A stretch of 64,000 nt of DNA from Lytechinus pictus (lineage: Eukaryota): contig NC_087257.1 in NCBI RefSeq assembly GCF_037042905.1, forward strand, positions 14,632,001-14,696,000, read 5' to 3'. A program made the translations under genes and the position numbers. Positions within the stretch are counted from its first letter, which is position 1. Each line of letters begins with the position of its first letter. This document shows, piece after piece, positions 1 to 13,936 of the stretch. Below the pieces are notes generated by a model. That model was not told the DNA's origin, made no database searches, and saw nothing but the letters and a program-made list of their open reading frames with translations.

Positions 1-344
1 AACTTGGGAGCTCTTTAAGCTGCTGCAAATTGGCAACGCACACATTTACATACAACCACGATGCAAATTTACAAACAAAAATATTGAACCAAGCAAACAG
101 TAAGGGGAAGAAAAAGAGGGAAGGAAATAAAAAGAGGATACACACATTAAATGATGCAATGCAATGCAATGCAATGGAGAAAGCTGCAAAATCATTTAAA
201 AAAATAGTATTATCACAGAATAATATATATATTGAAAACAAAAGCATATTATATGGCATTCAATATAATATACCAGAAGCTTTGATTACAAATTCATAAT
301 GCAAATCAATTTGAACTACATGTATGTCAAGGTAAAAGTAATAA

Positions 345-926
345 AGGGCAAGTTCACCACAAAGTTGATTTGTATGAATCTAGAGGAAAAAAATCAAACA
401 AGCATAACACTGACAAATCATCAAAATCTGCTGTAAAATAAGAAAGTTTTGATAAAAATTATAAGGTTCTGCTTTTATTCCCCAGAACATCCTGATCAGT
501 ATGCAAATATGGAACCAACGAAGTCACCCACTCACTATTTTTTTTTTGTACAGTATGAAGTACTCATTTTCCTCATTTTAAACAAGGTACTGTATTCTTT
601 CTCTTTGAAACTGTGGAATTGCCATTGCCACTATCTTTTCACTGAAGATCTTTTCATGATATTGTGAAATCTGAAGAAATTGAGATTTTCCATATTTCAT
701 ACAAAAATTAGTGATTGTATGTATAGTATGAGATCATCGCCTGTCTTATTTGCATATATCACCTGTGTTGTATTTGCATAAATGTACCAACTAATTTGTG
801 AAAAAAGCAAAACTTTTGAAATTTTATATTTTGAAGCTTGAAATTTCAGCGCTATACGCTGTATTTGGGTGGGGGGGGTTCTCTTCTATTTGAATATTTT
901 TTTTTGTAAAAGGGTGGACTTGCCCT
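345..926. mobile_element. Kolobok-like MITE
   Basis: TIRs AGGGCAAGTTCACC / GGTGGACTTGCCCT|TTAA. Related copies at 13528-13694, ~35751-36016 and 50510-51099. Confidence 0.75.
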
Positions 927-1660
927 TTAAAGCCATGATTTTTTTTTTTTACCAGAAACAAAATGGTTCTACAAAAAGGATGCTGATGTAGAATCCACAC
1001 TTTAATTTAATCTTATGGATTGGATTCAATGTTATCCATTCATGTATACATGTTTGTTCATGTACAATGTAGTTTGCTGAAAACATTTTTTTTTTCAACA
1101 TTCCCACATATTTCTCTATAAATTATCTGAAATGTATATGTATCTCATGCTAAACCTTGAAAATGGTGTCTAAAATTATCTGCAACGCAGTCTGGACAAA
1201 ATAAAATTGGATAGTGATATTAAAGTATATAAAGTCTTGAACTACATAAGCCTACATGTAGTACATGTAGCTCCTCTGGCCTCTTGCTTCAATGTGTAAT
1301 GTAGGGTAAAGCGAAGCCTAATCCACTGGCGCGCAATAGATCTGCAGTATAGTATGTTCGTACACTTTGGTCAATGAACGCATAACGGACTACCAACAAT
1401 GGTCCGTCTCTACAGGGCACATTATCCCAGTATCATAGCACATTGGAGCTAACTTTATGCGGATGTCTCACTTGGCATTTCATAAACACATCAAGGGAAC
1501 GTTGCTGTCGGCTATAATTACCCAGTCTAAACAACACGTCAGGACAGGGGTTCCAGTGTGTGGGACTAGAGCAATTTATTTTGAGCCGCATCACACCCTA
1601 GTCTCAGCTCCAGACTGCTTGTCCATATTATCATTATATTTCAAGTTAAATTTTTATTTT

Positions 1661-1940
1661 TAAATAATAATAAACAGTTCTTGTATAGCGCATATCACGA
1701 TTATGAATAAATGTCTCTATGCGCTTCCAAAGGACTTGGATATTATTACCCCAGCTGTAGCTTGGCAGCCGTAATTACTAAGATTACAGCGCACACGCAT
1801 TTCAAGGAATAAATTCCTGCCAGGTACCCATTCACCTCACCTGGGTTGAGTGCAGCACAATGTGGATAAATTTCTTGCCGAAGGAAATTACGCCATGGCT
1901 GGGATTCGAACCCACAACCCTCTGTTTCAAAGTCCGGACT
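1661..1940 (-). mobile_element. tRNA-derived SINE (5'-truncated head)
   Basis: The reverse strand has B-box GGTTCGAATCCC (~1901-1913), a core TGAATGGGTACCTGGCAGG and a (TTA)n tail at 1661-1673. Confidence 0.7.
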
Positions 1941-2626
1941 GTAAGTTAAAGACTGTAAGTTTGATTCATAATTTTAAATCATTACAAACATATCTTGAAT
2001 AAATGTTAGAGATTAGAGATTCAATCTAAAATCAAATATGGATGTAAATTTTTTAATGAAAATTTTGCACTATACGTGTAGCAGTGCACACTAATGTTTC
2101 CACTCGCACTACATGTACATGTATCTTCCTTTCTTTTTGTCGATATTACCCAACACTATAAAATACAAATTGACTTCCTTTTTTTTAATCAATTTTTATC
2201 ACTAAGCTAGAAACATGACGAATGGGGGAAGGAGGGGGCAAAAGAAAATACATGTAGGTATTTAAAAGCCATCGATTTTTCTAATTCTAGAGTAGAATTA
2301 CATGTATAGGCAGCCAAAAGTATCAAGACCTTCATGTTATCTTGGCTCTTTTTTTGAGTGCATATGTAATGCAGTCTGAAGTAGGAGACTAGATTTACTT
2401 CATTCAGATTCAGATTCAGATTCATCTATCATTCACTCAATGCTGCTTGATTCAGAATGCAATGTACTTTGGAGTCTAGTCTCCATCCTGGACATGGTAC
2501 CCAAAATTGGTGTCAAAATTGAGTCTGTGCAGACTAGTCATCACTGTGTATCTATGTGTATTTGTATATTTTTATATAAAAAACATTCAAGACTGAAGAG
2601 GAAGACTAGCAAATCCTTACACGTAA

Positions 2627-3211
2627 AGGGATACTCCCGGCTGAAGATATTTATATCTCAATAAATAGAGTAAACTTTACAGAGCAAAATGCTGAATATT
2701 TGATCAAAATCGGATAACAAATAACAAAGTCATTAAATTTTAAAGATTGGCATTATTCCGGTGAAACAGTTTGAGGCATGTCTTCATGAATATTCATTAG
2801 GTGGGCTGATGATGTCATATCCCCGCTTGTTCTTTTGTATTTTATCATATGAAATTAGGTTTATTCAAAAATTTTCTACCAAAAACTAAAACAATTGGAT
2901 TGACAACTAATTAAGTGCATTAATTGCTGCAACTTATTTTGTCACAATGGAGGCACATCATTTACACACATATGAACAAATGAAACAATTATGATTTCAT
3001 GAAATCACATATTAGAGGAAAGAGGGGATGTGAAATCATCAGCCCAAATAATGAATATTCATGACGATGTGCATATAACCATTTTCACAAAATATTGCTA
3101 AACTTTAAAATTCAATAACTTTGCTACATGTATTTGTTATCCGACTTTTGCGTTTTGCTCTGTGAATTTTACTATATTAAAGATATTAAATATCTTCAGC
3201 CTGGAGCATCA
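2627..3211. mobile_element. Kolobok-like foldback MITE, same family as 29628-30209
   Basis: Shares ATGAATATTCATTAGGTGGGCTGATGATGTCA arms and the terminal sequence with 29628-30209. Confidence 0.8.
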
Positions 3212-3797
3212 TCCAATAAGACATTTGTTTGACAGTGAAAAATGACCCACAGAACCTGTATTGTTTATATTGCCATAATGATGTCTAGAAACTGAAACCA
3301 AAATTGCCATCAACTTTGGATCATAATCACATTTAAAGTTTAAAATTATAGCATGTGCTTTAAAGTGTACATGAATGGAGAGAAATGTGTACATGTATCT
3401 AGTCATACAGCACTCAGCGGTACAAACATAAAGCAAGCAGGTACTATAAAACGAGTAAAATACACGATACAATATCCAGGCATAATCCAGGCATACACTG
3501 ATTTTACATGATATGTAGGAAACTTAGAAAATAATTGAAGAAAATGATTTTTCTGATTCTTAGTATTAAAAAGCAAATGCTCTATTTTTTTATTTGTAAC
3601 AGAAACAGAGAAACTTTTTTGATGAACAGAACAGTGTACCTCAAACCGGGAATAAGTTTCCTGGTATCGAATTGCAATTTGGTCCGAAGATTTCAATTAC
3701 TGCAACACAACATTTCTTGTGTGTAGCAAGAACTGTACAGAACATAGTTCGAAGCTTTGCTCAAGATTACAACCAGAAATGCTAATTTGAGAAGTAA

Positions 3798-4655
3798 AAC
3801 AAGTAGACCGCCTCTGGCAGTCTCACCTGCATTATGCAATTCAATATAGCAGCAGTGCTGACTTTGAAAACAACTATTGAATGATCATTCACAAAAAACA
3901 CCATTCATATGATAATACCTGAATGACCTTTGACCTTGATCATGTGGCCTATTAAGACTCGTGCAAAGTGATACATTTACTTGATTAACCTTTCGTCCTT
4001 GTTTTATGAACTAGATCCATAAAGTTTCAAAGTTATGAAGGCAATTCAACAATACCCCCAACATGGCCAAAGTTCATTGACCAATAAATGACCTTTGACC
4101 TTTGTCATGTGACCTGAAACTTGCACAGGATGTTTAGTGATACTTGAATGCTCTTACATGTATTTCCAAGTTTTATGAACTAGATCTATTAACTTCTTAA
4201 GTTATGATGGCAATTCAACAATTACCCCCCAACATGACCAAAGTTCATTGACCCTAAATGACCTTTGCCTTGATCATGTGTCCCAAAACTCAGGCAAGAT
4301 GTTCGATGATACACCATTACTCTTATGTTCAAGTTTCAAGAACTAGATCCATAAACTTTTGCGTTATGACAAAATTTCAAAACTTAACCTTTTAAGGTTT
4401 CAATGTTGATTACCCCAACAGGGTCTATGAAGTCCATTGACCCTATATGACCTTTGACCTTGGTCATGTGATGTGAGCTGAAACTCAGGCAAGATATTCA
4501 GTAAAAGTTGATTACCCTTATGTCCAAGTTTCATGATCTAGGTCCATATACTTTCTAATTTATGACGACATTTCAAAAACTTAACCTTGGTTTAAATCAT
4601 GTTGACGACGCCGACGTCGCTGCCGCCGGAAAAGCGGTGCCTATAGTCTCGCTCT
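3798..4655. mobile_element. Non-autonomous element with internal ~170-190-bp tandem units containing TGACCTTTGACC (possibly Helentron/HINE-like)
   Basis: Starts AACAAG and has four related units (motif at ~3924, 4089, 4259, 4448). The class assignment is an inference. Confidence 0.55.
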
Positions 4656-5470
4656 ACATTTAGTCCCTGCTCAAATAAAAAAAAAATATATATATATATG
4701 CAGAAACAAATATCCACTGAACAGTTTTGACAACAAGCAAAGTGCTCTTCATTCATCTCAAGCATGAAATTGCATATTGAAGAACAATATCATAACAAAA
4801 TTTCTGCATCATCAATTTATACTGTCACTGGTTCCACGAACAATGAGATGAAAGAATGAAGAGACTATGGTTTACCATTATCCGATGACGATACTAGGGT
4901 TGTATGTACAGTATGGGTGGCATTTCAAAATAATCACAGAATAGTATAGAGGGTTAATAGTTAAGAATACTATTAGGAAGGGAGTTTGGCTGACCAAGGC
5001 TGTGTTCAATCAATATTTCAAAAACCTAGAAACAGTTTTAAAGATATTTGATTCAACCACAGTTGCATTCAAGCAAGTTTGGTTACAAAAAATTGGAGCT
5101 GCAGAATCACAAAGTCCAATAGACTGCACTGCAAAGTTCATTAACAATTCTTATTAAAATCAAACGATCCAGTTTTGTATGATGCGCAGTGGATGGGCTT
5201 TAATAAGGACAGCGATGAAAACTCACTTGAATGCTATCCTGCATATTAAGGATTTATTTTTTGTGGTTCATTTTTGAGATTCTAGTTTTAAAACATTAAC
5301 TGAACACACCAGAAGGGCAAACAGATGTATACGTATTATTCATTTGTTACCTTCCAAGATTTTTCTGGTCGACCCTTTGCAGTTTAAAATCACATTTGAA
5401 GGAAAAAATAGCAGAGGGTCATACTTATTACGAAAATAAACTACAATGCTGCATGTATACTGAAGGTGAT

Positions 5471-5924
5471 AATAGACCAGTTCGTAGTTACTCATGGACA
5501 ATTTTAGTCAAATGACCTTTCATTTCTTTCATTATTATAGGCAGATTTCAAAGCAAGATATTACGTAAGCTTGCCTTACATAGCAGGATGAAGAAATTGA
5601 ATAGACCAGGTGACTAGAATAGCACACCAATGAACACTTAATGAAGGTATTTGTTGCATTCCTACTTTGAATGCATATCATAGCATGTTGCACAATGTAC
5701 TTGGCTAACTGTGAAATACCAGTCGTTGTGGACGCATTGTTGTTTTTTGTGGATGTAAATGAAAACCACTATTCAAAAGAATATATGCATAATCAAGACA
5801 TCAAAGTTGGTGCTTATCTCATTAGATTTTAAACCACCATGTCACGTTAATACAAATGACCTTTCTCTGATCATGCGTAGAATCTTTTGATCATGCGCAG
5901 AAAGGAACTATGAACTGGCTTATT
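5471..5924. mobile_element. MITE
   Basis: TIRs AATAGACCAGTTCGTAGTT / AACTATGAACTGGCTTATT. A partial inverted relative lies at ~15290-15464. Confidence 0.65.
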
Positions 5925-7691
5925 ATTCAAGCAGGGATTTACAGCTAAATTCCAGTTTAAGAAGCATCCCACATACGATACAGATTTTGAAAAGTTGACT
6001 GTACTCTTTGACACTGAATATCTCTATTAAAAAATAGAATTATTGATAAGTACTGTCTAATTGTTAAACCTGCTTTGTGCATCATAACATATCAACTTCT
6101 TATATAGCACACATCAATCACTGCTGTAGATTGAATTAATTTTTTTCCAAGAAAAACTGCAGAGATAAATACAGTTTATCAATTCATTGTTAATCCCAAT
6201 ACCACAATTTAGTTTCACGAAGTCTCGCGATCGATCATGGGGCTGATATTTACAAAATTGATCATACACATTAATCAATGCAACCAATCATAGAATAGAA
6301 AATATCAGCCTTCATGATCAATCACTACTATGTTATGGAGCCCAGAGTTATTTATGCAAGAGATTTCCCCGCATCGATCATGGGTGAGGATGTAAAATCA
6401 ATTTTAATATCCTGTCCCTTCTTCCTTGAAAACCTGCAATCCAAACTACAAATCAGTTTGAATGCTTCACTTCAGAGGAGAAATTAGGTGAGCTCCAAAA
6501 TGACCAGCAAATGATAACTTGCAAAATATGTTTAGTAGTGATTTTTAAATCGTAATAATTTCTGTATGTGAACTCCCTTGGTGTATGGCGTCAGTAGATG
6601 GATGGATGCATTCCCTGCCATTGGCAATGCACAGAACAAACATATGCTGAATGCAAAAATTCACTTTCAGTAGTCATGATAATACATGTACATGCATTAA
6701 AGGAAAGCTACTTTTCATAAAAATAGAACTTCTGCATGTTGTTGGATTGGAATGGGAGGCATACTTACAGTCTTTTTTTCTTCTTGTTGCATTTTATATT
6801 CCATATCCATTTTCTCGTCAACCTGAGCAAACAAAAAAAGAAAGTACAGAGACAAAGAGTAACATTTACGATTTTGTGTCGAATTAGTATTGAGTGTATT
6901 CAAATTAATGTGTAGAAGGGCACAAAGCAAGGAGAGAAAGATTGTAACAGAGCCCTGGATGATAATGAAGCATCAACAGAGAGATATTCAAGATGTATTC
7001 ATTCAATCATTGCAGCACCAAGGCTGAATTGCCACTGAATTCACAGTGAAGAAGAAAAAACCATATAATTAACTGCACATAATTTCAGCTACAATAAAAC
7101 AATTTTTACAATAATTCCAATTTACAAAAATAATTCAGATTAGGTCAATCAATTCCAATTGATGTTTCTATTTTCAATAAACAATGATAATTACAATTCA
7201 CAATGATATATTGTGATATATTTACATATATTCCATAAAATTGAGTGTGAATGGGGATAAAAGAGATGATGGTTAGAACATGTGGGGTATACATGTAGAT
7301 TATCCACAGCCTCGATAAGCGGGTCTTTAATTGATGTCCAAGTAACTGGACATATTGTTTCAAAGAAAGAATAAGCAGTGTTTTGTTGCATAAAATGAAT
7401 AAATCAAGACTTTTGCCATAACCCTTTCAATAATTTGTGAGTGCGGACGATGGGCCATTTCGCCAAAATGAATGAAAAGGTTGACGATCAGAAGAGTCAG
7501 ACTATCTCATTATTTCATTGTTTTTATAGTTTGCAAAACCTTAAATTGAAATCTACCCTATCGTAACAAGAAATCTTGATTTTTTTATACTTTCACATTT
7601 ATCATTGCTTGCTACAACTAGAGTATGTGCTATTAAAAGCTAGAAGGTTCTTTTTTTAAATAATTACTACATGTACATTTGAAAGGCTTAC

Positions 7692-7778
7692 TTCTTTTTG
7701 TTGCTTTTCCAATTCCAACATTCTGATTTTCCTGGCCTCAGCCCTCGCTTGCCTTCTTTGAGCAAGCTTCGTTTCCGC
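7692..7778 (-). CDS. LRRFIP2: LRRFIP1/2-like, coding exon 2 (gene continues leftwards out of the window)
   Basis: tttttcag|87 nt|gtaagc, phase 0-0, encoding AETKLAQRRQARAEARKIRMLELEKQQKE. The vertebrate LRRFIP counterpart is [29 protein letters not shown]. Confidence 0.92.
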
Positions 7779-8299
7779 CTGAAAAAAAGTAAAACAAAAA
7801 ATAACAAGGAAAATGAGAAGTGGTCACGAAACAAATCATAATCAAGATTTAATTTATTGCATTTATGAACAGTGAAAGTAAAATCGCAACACTGTAAATA
7901 CTCATCCACAAATTTTTGCTCAAATAAAATAATTTGTTATATGTGTAGTAAGTGTTGACACTTACCCATGCAATCTGCTTTTCGCCTTCCCATACAACAA
8001 AATGATTATGAAGTCCCAATTCAAAGTGCTTATCAATAAATTAGACTCGCTGTAGGAGTGATTTCAGTATTAAATATTGAAAATAGAAACTAAACTTAGT
8101 TTTGAATAGGATATCATCATGATCGAATTAAGTGTTTCCAAAGTACTATCACCATAAAAAGAGGTTTTGAAAATGGGAAGTCCTTTAAAGATGTGTTCAA
8201 TTTTGGTGCTTACATTATCTTAATACACACATACGAACCCATATCAGGCGCAGCTCCAGGGTGACACTTTTGCAGGCTGCAAACTTGTCTACAGTGTAT

Positions 8300-8962
8300 A
8301 TTATTTGACCCCCCCCCCCCCACCAAAAAAAACAAAAACACATCATCGCTCATTTTACTGGGTGCGCAATGAAGGCATTCTAAGGGGAGCACCATTAAAT
8401 TTTCAAATTGAATATTTAATGGGGTGCACCTAAACCTTCCGCCACCCCCCTCCCCCTGGATAAGCACTTGCATATCACAGGCAACTCTAAAGAATTAATT
8501 TGTCGAAGAAGAAAAATTAAGAGCATTGTTTGCTTGTTGTTTGTCAAGTAATTTGCAATAGAGTACGGTAAACATAACATTAACAAATTAATTTCATCCA
8601 ATTGATGTGAACTGATGCAAGGAATCTGTGACCCCCCCCCCCCCAAAAAAAAAAATCATCGCTCATTTTATTGGGTTTGCAATGAAGGCATTCTAAGGGA
8701 AGCACTACATGTATATTATATTTTCAAATTTGATATTTAATGGGGTGCACCCACACCTTCCGCCACCCCCTCCCCCCCCCCCCCCCCCCCCCCCCCCGGA
8801 TAAGCCCTTGCATATCCCGGACAACCCTAAAGAATTAATTTGTCGAAGAAGAAAAATTAAGAGCCTTGTTTGCTTGTTTGTCAAGTAATTTGCAACAGAT
8901 TTTAACATAATATTAACAAATTAATTTTATCCAATTGATGTGAACTGACTCAAGGAATCTGC
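8300..8962. repeat. ~340-bp tandem duplication
   Basis: AATTTGTCGAAGAAGAAAAATTAAGAGC at ~8497 and ~8837, with matching flanks. Confidence 0.85.
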
Positions 8963-9910
8963 ATAATACAAAAGCATGAGTCACAGTCATTGTTAAAAAC
9001 TAATAAATCATTGACCTGCACCTGATCTATCACTCCAAGGTGAATCATGACTTGCATTTTCTTCTTCACATCTGGATAATATCACCCCATCAATTTATTC
9101 ATACAATATACAATTCTATAATATATTCGCCAATGAAATAATCATACTGTTATCACAATATTTCGACTCGTCTGTTTTATTCAAGGTTGTCTACAATGTA
9201 CAATGTACTTTCATTATATTTTAGTAAGGGTGGAAAACGCCATCACTCAACAGCCCTTTTCCTCCCTTTTCACCTTTTGTGTTTTTAAAGTACAGCGTAT
9301 AAAACATATTATACATTGTTTTTACACGTACATGTTTAGTGAGAGAAACCTACATGTAGCTAGCATACCTGAACCTCACATAAAAGTACTGTATGCAACT
9401 GTGGTCCCATGTGATAAAGTCTGCACAGTCATATTGTATCACATCACACATGCACAAATAGGAGCACCGAGAATCAATAAAATCATCGCTGTTCAAAGCA
9501 ATTCATCATTTTATATGAAACAGACTCAGGTCCTTAGTGCTGCCAAAAACATATACCTGTGAGCAAGTGTGGCTGGGTTATTGCTTTTTATGTGGCATCT
9601 TGTTCAGCTACCGGTAATAATAATATATTGACTTGCTTGGGTATATTTTTTCATAGCAGGAACATGCAATATTTTTATTCTTTTAAGGGTTTACAAACAG
9701 ATTTCCAAAATGCACTTCACCCATAATTGTGTTAATAAAAAAAAATGTTTTGGGTGGTGTTACAGGTTGGCTTACCATACATTTTATTTCAAACTGGAGG
9801 GGGGGTCTCAAGTACTGTACATTGTATGCCTACATGTATTGCCAACCAAAGATAATTCAGATGTTGTTTGAAGGTTTACATGGTGGTACATGTACATGTA
9901 TAAACAATCA

Positions 9911-10622
9911 CGAAAGTGGTTTACACCTAATACGGTACACCATGTCTGAAGTCCTGAGATACATGTAAAAGTGGAAAGAGATAGAAGTGAAATGGAAAGC
10001 GAGAAAGTGGAGGTTTGGAAGTACAGGCAGAGTATTCTTTTCAGAATGAGTGGAAACCAGGAGTGGAAAGCTGAGTAGTAGGGAGGGGTGAGAGGCTTCG
10101 GTAGAAGGCTTGAGTAGGAGGCTGGTTGGGTGGGAGAGATGAGAGAGGTTTGAGTAGAAGAGAGAAGGCTGGCTTGAGTCGGCAAATCAGGACTGCGGCA
10201 AATGGAGCTGTAGAGCCGGAGCAGGGGAGACTCAACGTTTCGGGCAGGTTGATCGTCTTAAGGAGTGAGTGCCTGGGTGGACTCACTCCTGAAGATGAAC
10301 AGTCAACCTGCCCAAAAGATTGAGTCTTCCTGCTCCAGCTCTACAGCTCCATTTGCAGACTCAAGCCAGCCTTCTCTCATCTACTCAAGTCTCTCTCACC
10401 TCTCCAACTTAATGACAACTCAAGCCTCTCATCCTGCCTTCTACTCAGCTTTCCACTCCTTCTTGTTTTCAGTCCTTTTTAGGACTACATTCATTCTGAA
10501 AAGAATACTCTACTTCCCAACCTCCACTTACTTGCCTTTCCATTTCACTTCTACATGTATCTCTATCCACTTATATTGGTCCTTCCAGGACTTCACACAT
10601 GGCGTACCATAAACCACTTTCG
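9911..10622. repeat. ~710-bp diverged, nearly spacerless inverted repeat
   Basis: The left arm (purine-rich) and right arm (pyrimidine-rich) are reverse complements about a centre near 10274, e.g. AGGAGTGAGT / ACTCACTCCT and CGAAAGTGGTTTA / TAAACCACTTTCG. Confidence 0.9.
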
Positions 10623-11501
10623 CAAAAAGATAATTAAAGCACTGACATAGCAAGGTACCTCACTCATTGCTAGCAAAACCCATTGAACTTGTTTTTGTTC
10701 TTCTTTGGGGCCCCTAGTTGTGGTTTCCATATAAAGTTCCAGTGTTCTGAAGTCTAATTTTGGTATTTGTAAGCATTAAAATACTATACAGTATAGTACT
10801 TGAGGGCAATCCAACCATTTTGATTTACATTGAGAAAGTAAAATAAATAAAATTCAAAATATTGATAACAGGGTGGTGGGTAGAAATTTTTTTCAAATAA
10901 ATTGTCACACTGTACATACATACATGTATGAAGATGAGCCAGAGATGTAAAAAAAATCACTATATATACATTGCATGTATTTTGTGAGTATATTATGACA
11001 AATAGCAGGGGCAACTATCCAATTACGAATTTCACAAAATAATATATATATAAGGGCAATGCAGTACGTGTTGATGACTGTTTTGGATCTAGAGAAAAGT
11101 GGGAAGCAAAATGTGGGGAAGGAGTAAATAATACTAGATAGATAGCTGAATCACTTGAATGTATATTTATTGTCAGAAAAATGCATACATGTACATGTAT
11201 TGCATATTAATATAAAGAAATTATAGTTAAGTGTACATGTATATAAGACAGGGAAAATGCATGTTGAGGGGATTTTTCCAGTAGATCCTGTAATAAAGGT
11301 AATAAAGTAATAAAGGAATATAATTGAATTATAAAAATTATGAATTGAATTATCTGTTACCTAAATGTACCTACATGTATGTAGTTATACTGGTTCATGT
11401 ACATGTAGTATGTACAGTTGGGAAGGGAAAGAAGGTGGAAGGGCAGAAGGGGAGAAAATGGGGAAGATAGAAAAAAGGAACTACAAAGCAAGATAAGAAC
11501 A

Positions 11502-11657
11502 NNNNNNNNNNNNNNNNNNNNNNNNNNNNNNNNNNNNNNNNNNNNNNNNNNNNNNNNNNNNNNNNNNNNNNNNNNNNNNNNNNNNNNNNNNNNNNNNNNN
11601 NNNNNNNNNNNNNNNNNNNNNNNNNNNNNNNNNNNNNNNNNNNNNNNNNNNNNNNNN
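11502..11657. other. Assembly gap (N run)
   Basis: Run of Ns. Confidence 1.
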
Positions 11658-12624
11658 AAGAGGAGGAGAAAACAATGACAAAGAAGAAGACGAAAACATC
11701 AAAGACAAAGGTGAAGAAGAATAGATGAAGTATTACCTAAGAATACAAGGGAAAGAAAAAAAATCATGTCAGGAATTTATGAAAGATTAGAAAGAAAAAA
11801 ATAAAATGAAATGACAAATGGAACATAATTAATGTTTAACAAAAAGCAACAACTACAAGGGTACTGTAAAGTATTACATGTCAAGTGTTTGTCTATAAGC
11901 CATGCTTTATCCCCCCCCCCCTTCTTTTCCATTCAATATCAATCTTTTTTGTAATAAATAATTTGTTTTCAACATCAAAATTATAAAAAAAAAATTGTTA
12001 GCTTTAATTATTAAACTGTGAGCATACTGAAGCACTTTCATCAACATTGTTTTTTTTTTTTTCAATTGATAAAAGCTGTCAATAAACCATCTTGAGTGCA
12101 AAAAAATGCTATTGGTGCATTTTGCAAGTGCTTTCAAATCAAAATTATATAAAGTATTTTTTATTCTATTAAAGTAGGGATTTCCCTTTAAAAATCAGTT
12201 CTAATACCTTATGTTTGGGAATTATCAAGATCCACAAACTTAAAATATGCATAAATATCAAGCACCAGCACCCCCCCTCCCCTATCCCAATGGGATTTCT
12301 GATTATTCTTCCTACATACACTGTACATGAACATTATGTAATTTGGAAGTAAGGGTCCAATACACCTTTGATGTTCTCAAACTGTTCATTCCATCTACAT
12401 GTACATCTATGTGATAATTTGTATTTAAAGCAGAAATAAAATAAAATAAAAATGTGCAAGAATTTTGTGCTCTTCTAACTTTGATTTTGACAAGTTAATG
12501 TCAGATGAAAACAAAAGATAAATTATTGTAAAAATAAAACGATTACATGCATCTCCCCCCCCCCCCATTGCTTTTTTACTCTGCATTTCTATGTGCAGTA
12601 CTAGTATCCCATGGACTCTCTCAA

Positions 12625-13033
12625 TAGGAGGTGCTGCATCATCCCGATTTTGCTCAATCTCCAGATTTTAGCCCGATCGGCCCTCTTCGCGATTAATCTC
12701 GAGATTCAAGAAACCCTGTCTCCACCATCGCAAGAAGAGCGATTCCTGCTCGAGCGAGGCATCGATGCATTATGGTCTGACGCCGTAAATAAATAATCCC
12801 AAGTGCCTCTGCACCTACGAATTAGCGCGATAATTCGTAAAATAGCGCGCTATTTTGCAAATAATCCCAAGTTGACTTGGAATTGCAATCTTGAGACTAA
12901 TCCTACTGTACGAACTAGCGCGATAATTGCGTCTCCATTGCAAACATTCTCGAGATTGTTCAGATCGGGATAATTAGCCGGATCAGAAACAGCGCGCTAA
13001 TTTGAAAACTCGGGATGGTGCAGACGACCCTAA
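12625..13033. mobile_element. MITE with internal AGCGCG repeats
   Basis: Imperfect TIRs TAGG..GTGCTGCATCATCCCGA / TCGGGATGGTGCAGACGACCCTA; CpG-rich compared with its flanks. Confidence 0.65.
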
Positions 13034-13936
13034 TGTGATGTAGTATGTACATGTACTTGTAGAGTATTGTACATATTGAAAATTGTTCACATGATCAGTA
13101 TGTTGTACATGTAGGATAAAATACTATGTAATGATAAATCTAATCTGAAGAAAAAAAATGTAGATGTATTGTATACTAGAACACAGTGATTTGAATGATG
13201 TGGAGCTTTTTAGCATCTATATGAGGACCATTCCATGAAAGATCATTGCTCTTTTATAATATATTTATAATATAAGCCATTCAGATCAAGAGATACAGTC
13301 TGTGATCTCAGTAGCTTAGCACCGCAAATTCTCTTCATGATATGCTCCCCTGTATAAAAAGCTCAGTGGTCGATTACAGTGGGTGATGTAATAATATTCA
13401 ACACTCACCTTTTCTGCTTCCTGTTACATGTAGGTCAAATTGACAGAGAAATTGTGACAAAAATTACCAAATGACAAAACATGCAAACTATAAACAAATA
13501 GCAACAAACTTCTTTTATCGTCATTAAAGGGAAAGTTCGCCAAGCTGATAATAACTTGGTTTTTAATACAGGCAGAAGAAAAAAGAGAACAAATATTGGT
13601 GGTTTGATGAAAATTCATCAAGGAATAACCAATAATATTTTTCTCTATTTTTATCCAATGTACAGTACATGTATCATCAAGGTGAATTTCCCCTTTAATG
13701 ATATTCTTCCAATTAATGGGTTTGTAATATTTATGTGAAACTACAATTTACATAATACAAAAACATTAACAATGTACTGTACTTCAAAATTCCATTTGTC
13801 ATAATATCCCAATTGGCTTGAAATATCCCAGAAGTTCATATCGTCATTCATGAAACACACCTTTGCATTTAACACTACCCTGGGCCCTGGTACAACAATG
13901 CATCAATCACAGAGACAATGATGTACATGTACATGT

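Noticed and set aside
9808-10612. Ser/Leu-rich ORFs on both strands
   Set aside because: They arise from the low-complexity arms of the palindrome and have no recognizable domain.
1-13420. Additional LRRFIP exon candidates (acceptor near 20-24; 3640-3699; donor at 7965; 12-nt microexon 13409-13420)
   Set aside because: Splice-like signals are present, but there is no recognizable LRRFIP similarity or consistent frame; unsupported without transcripts.
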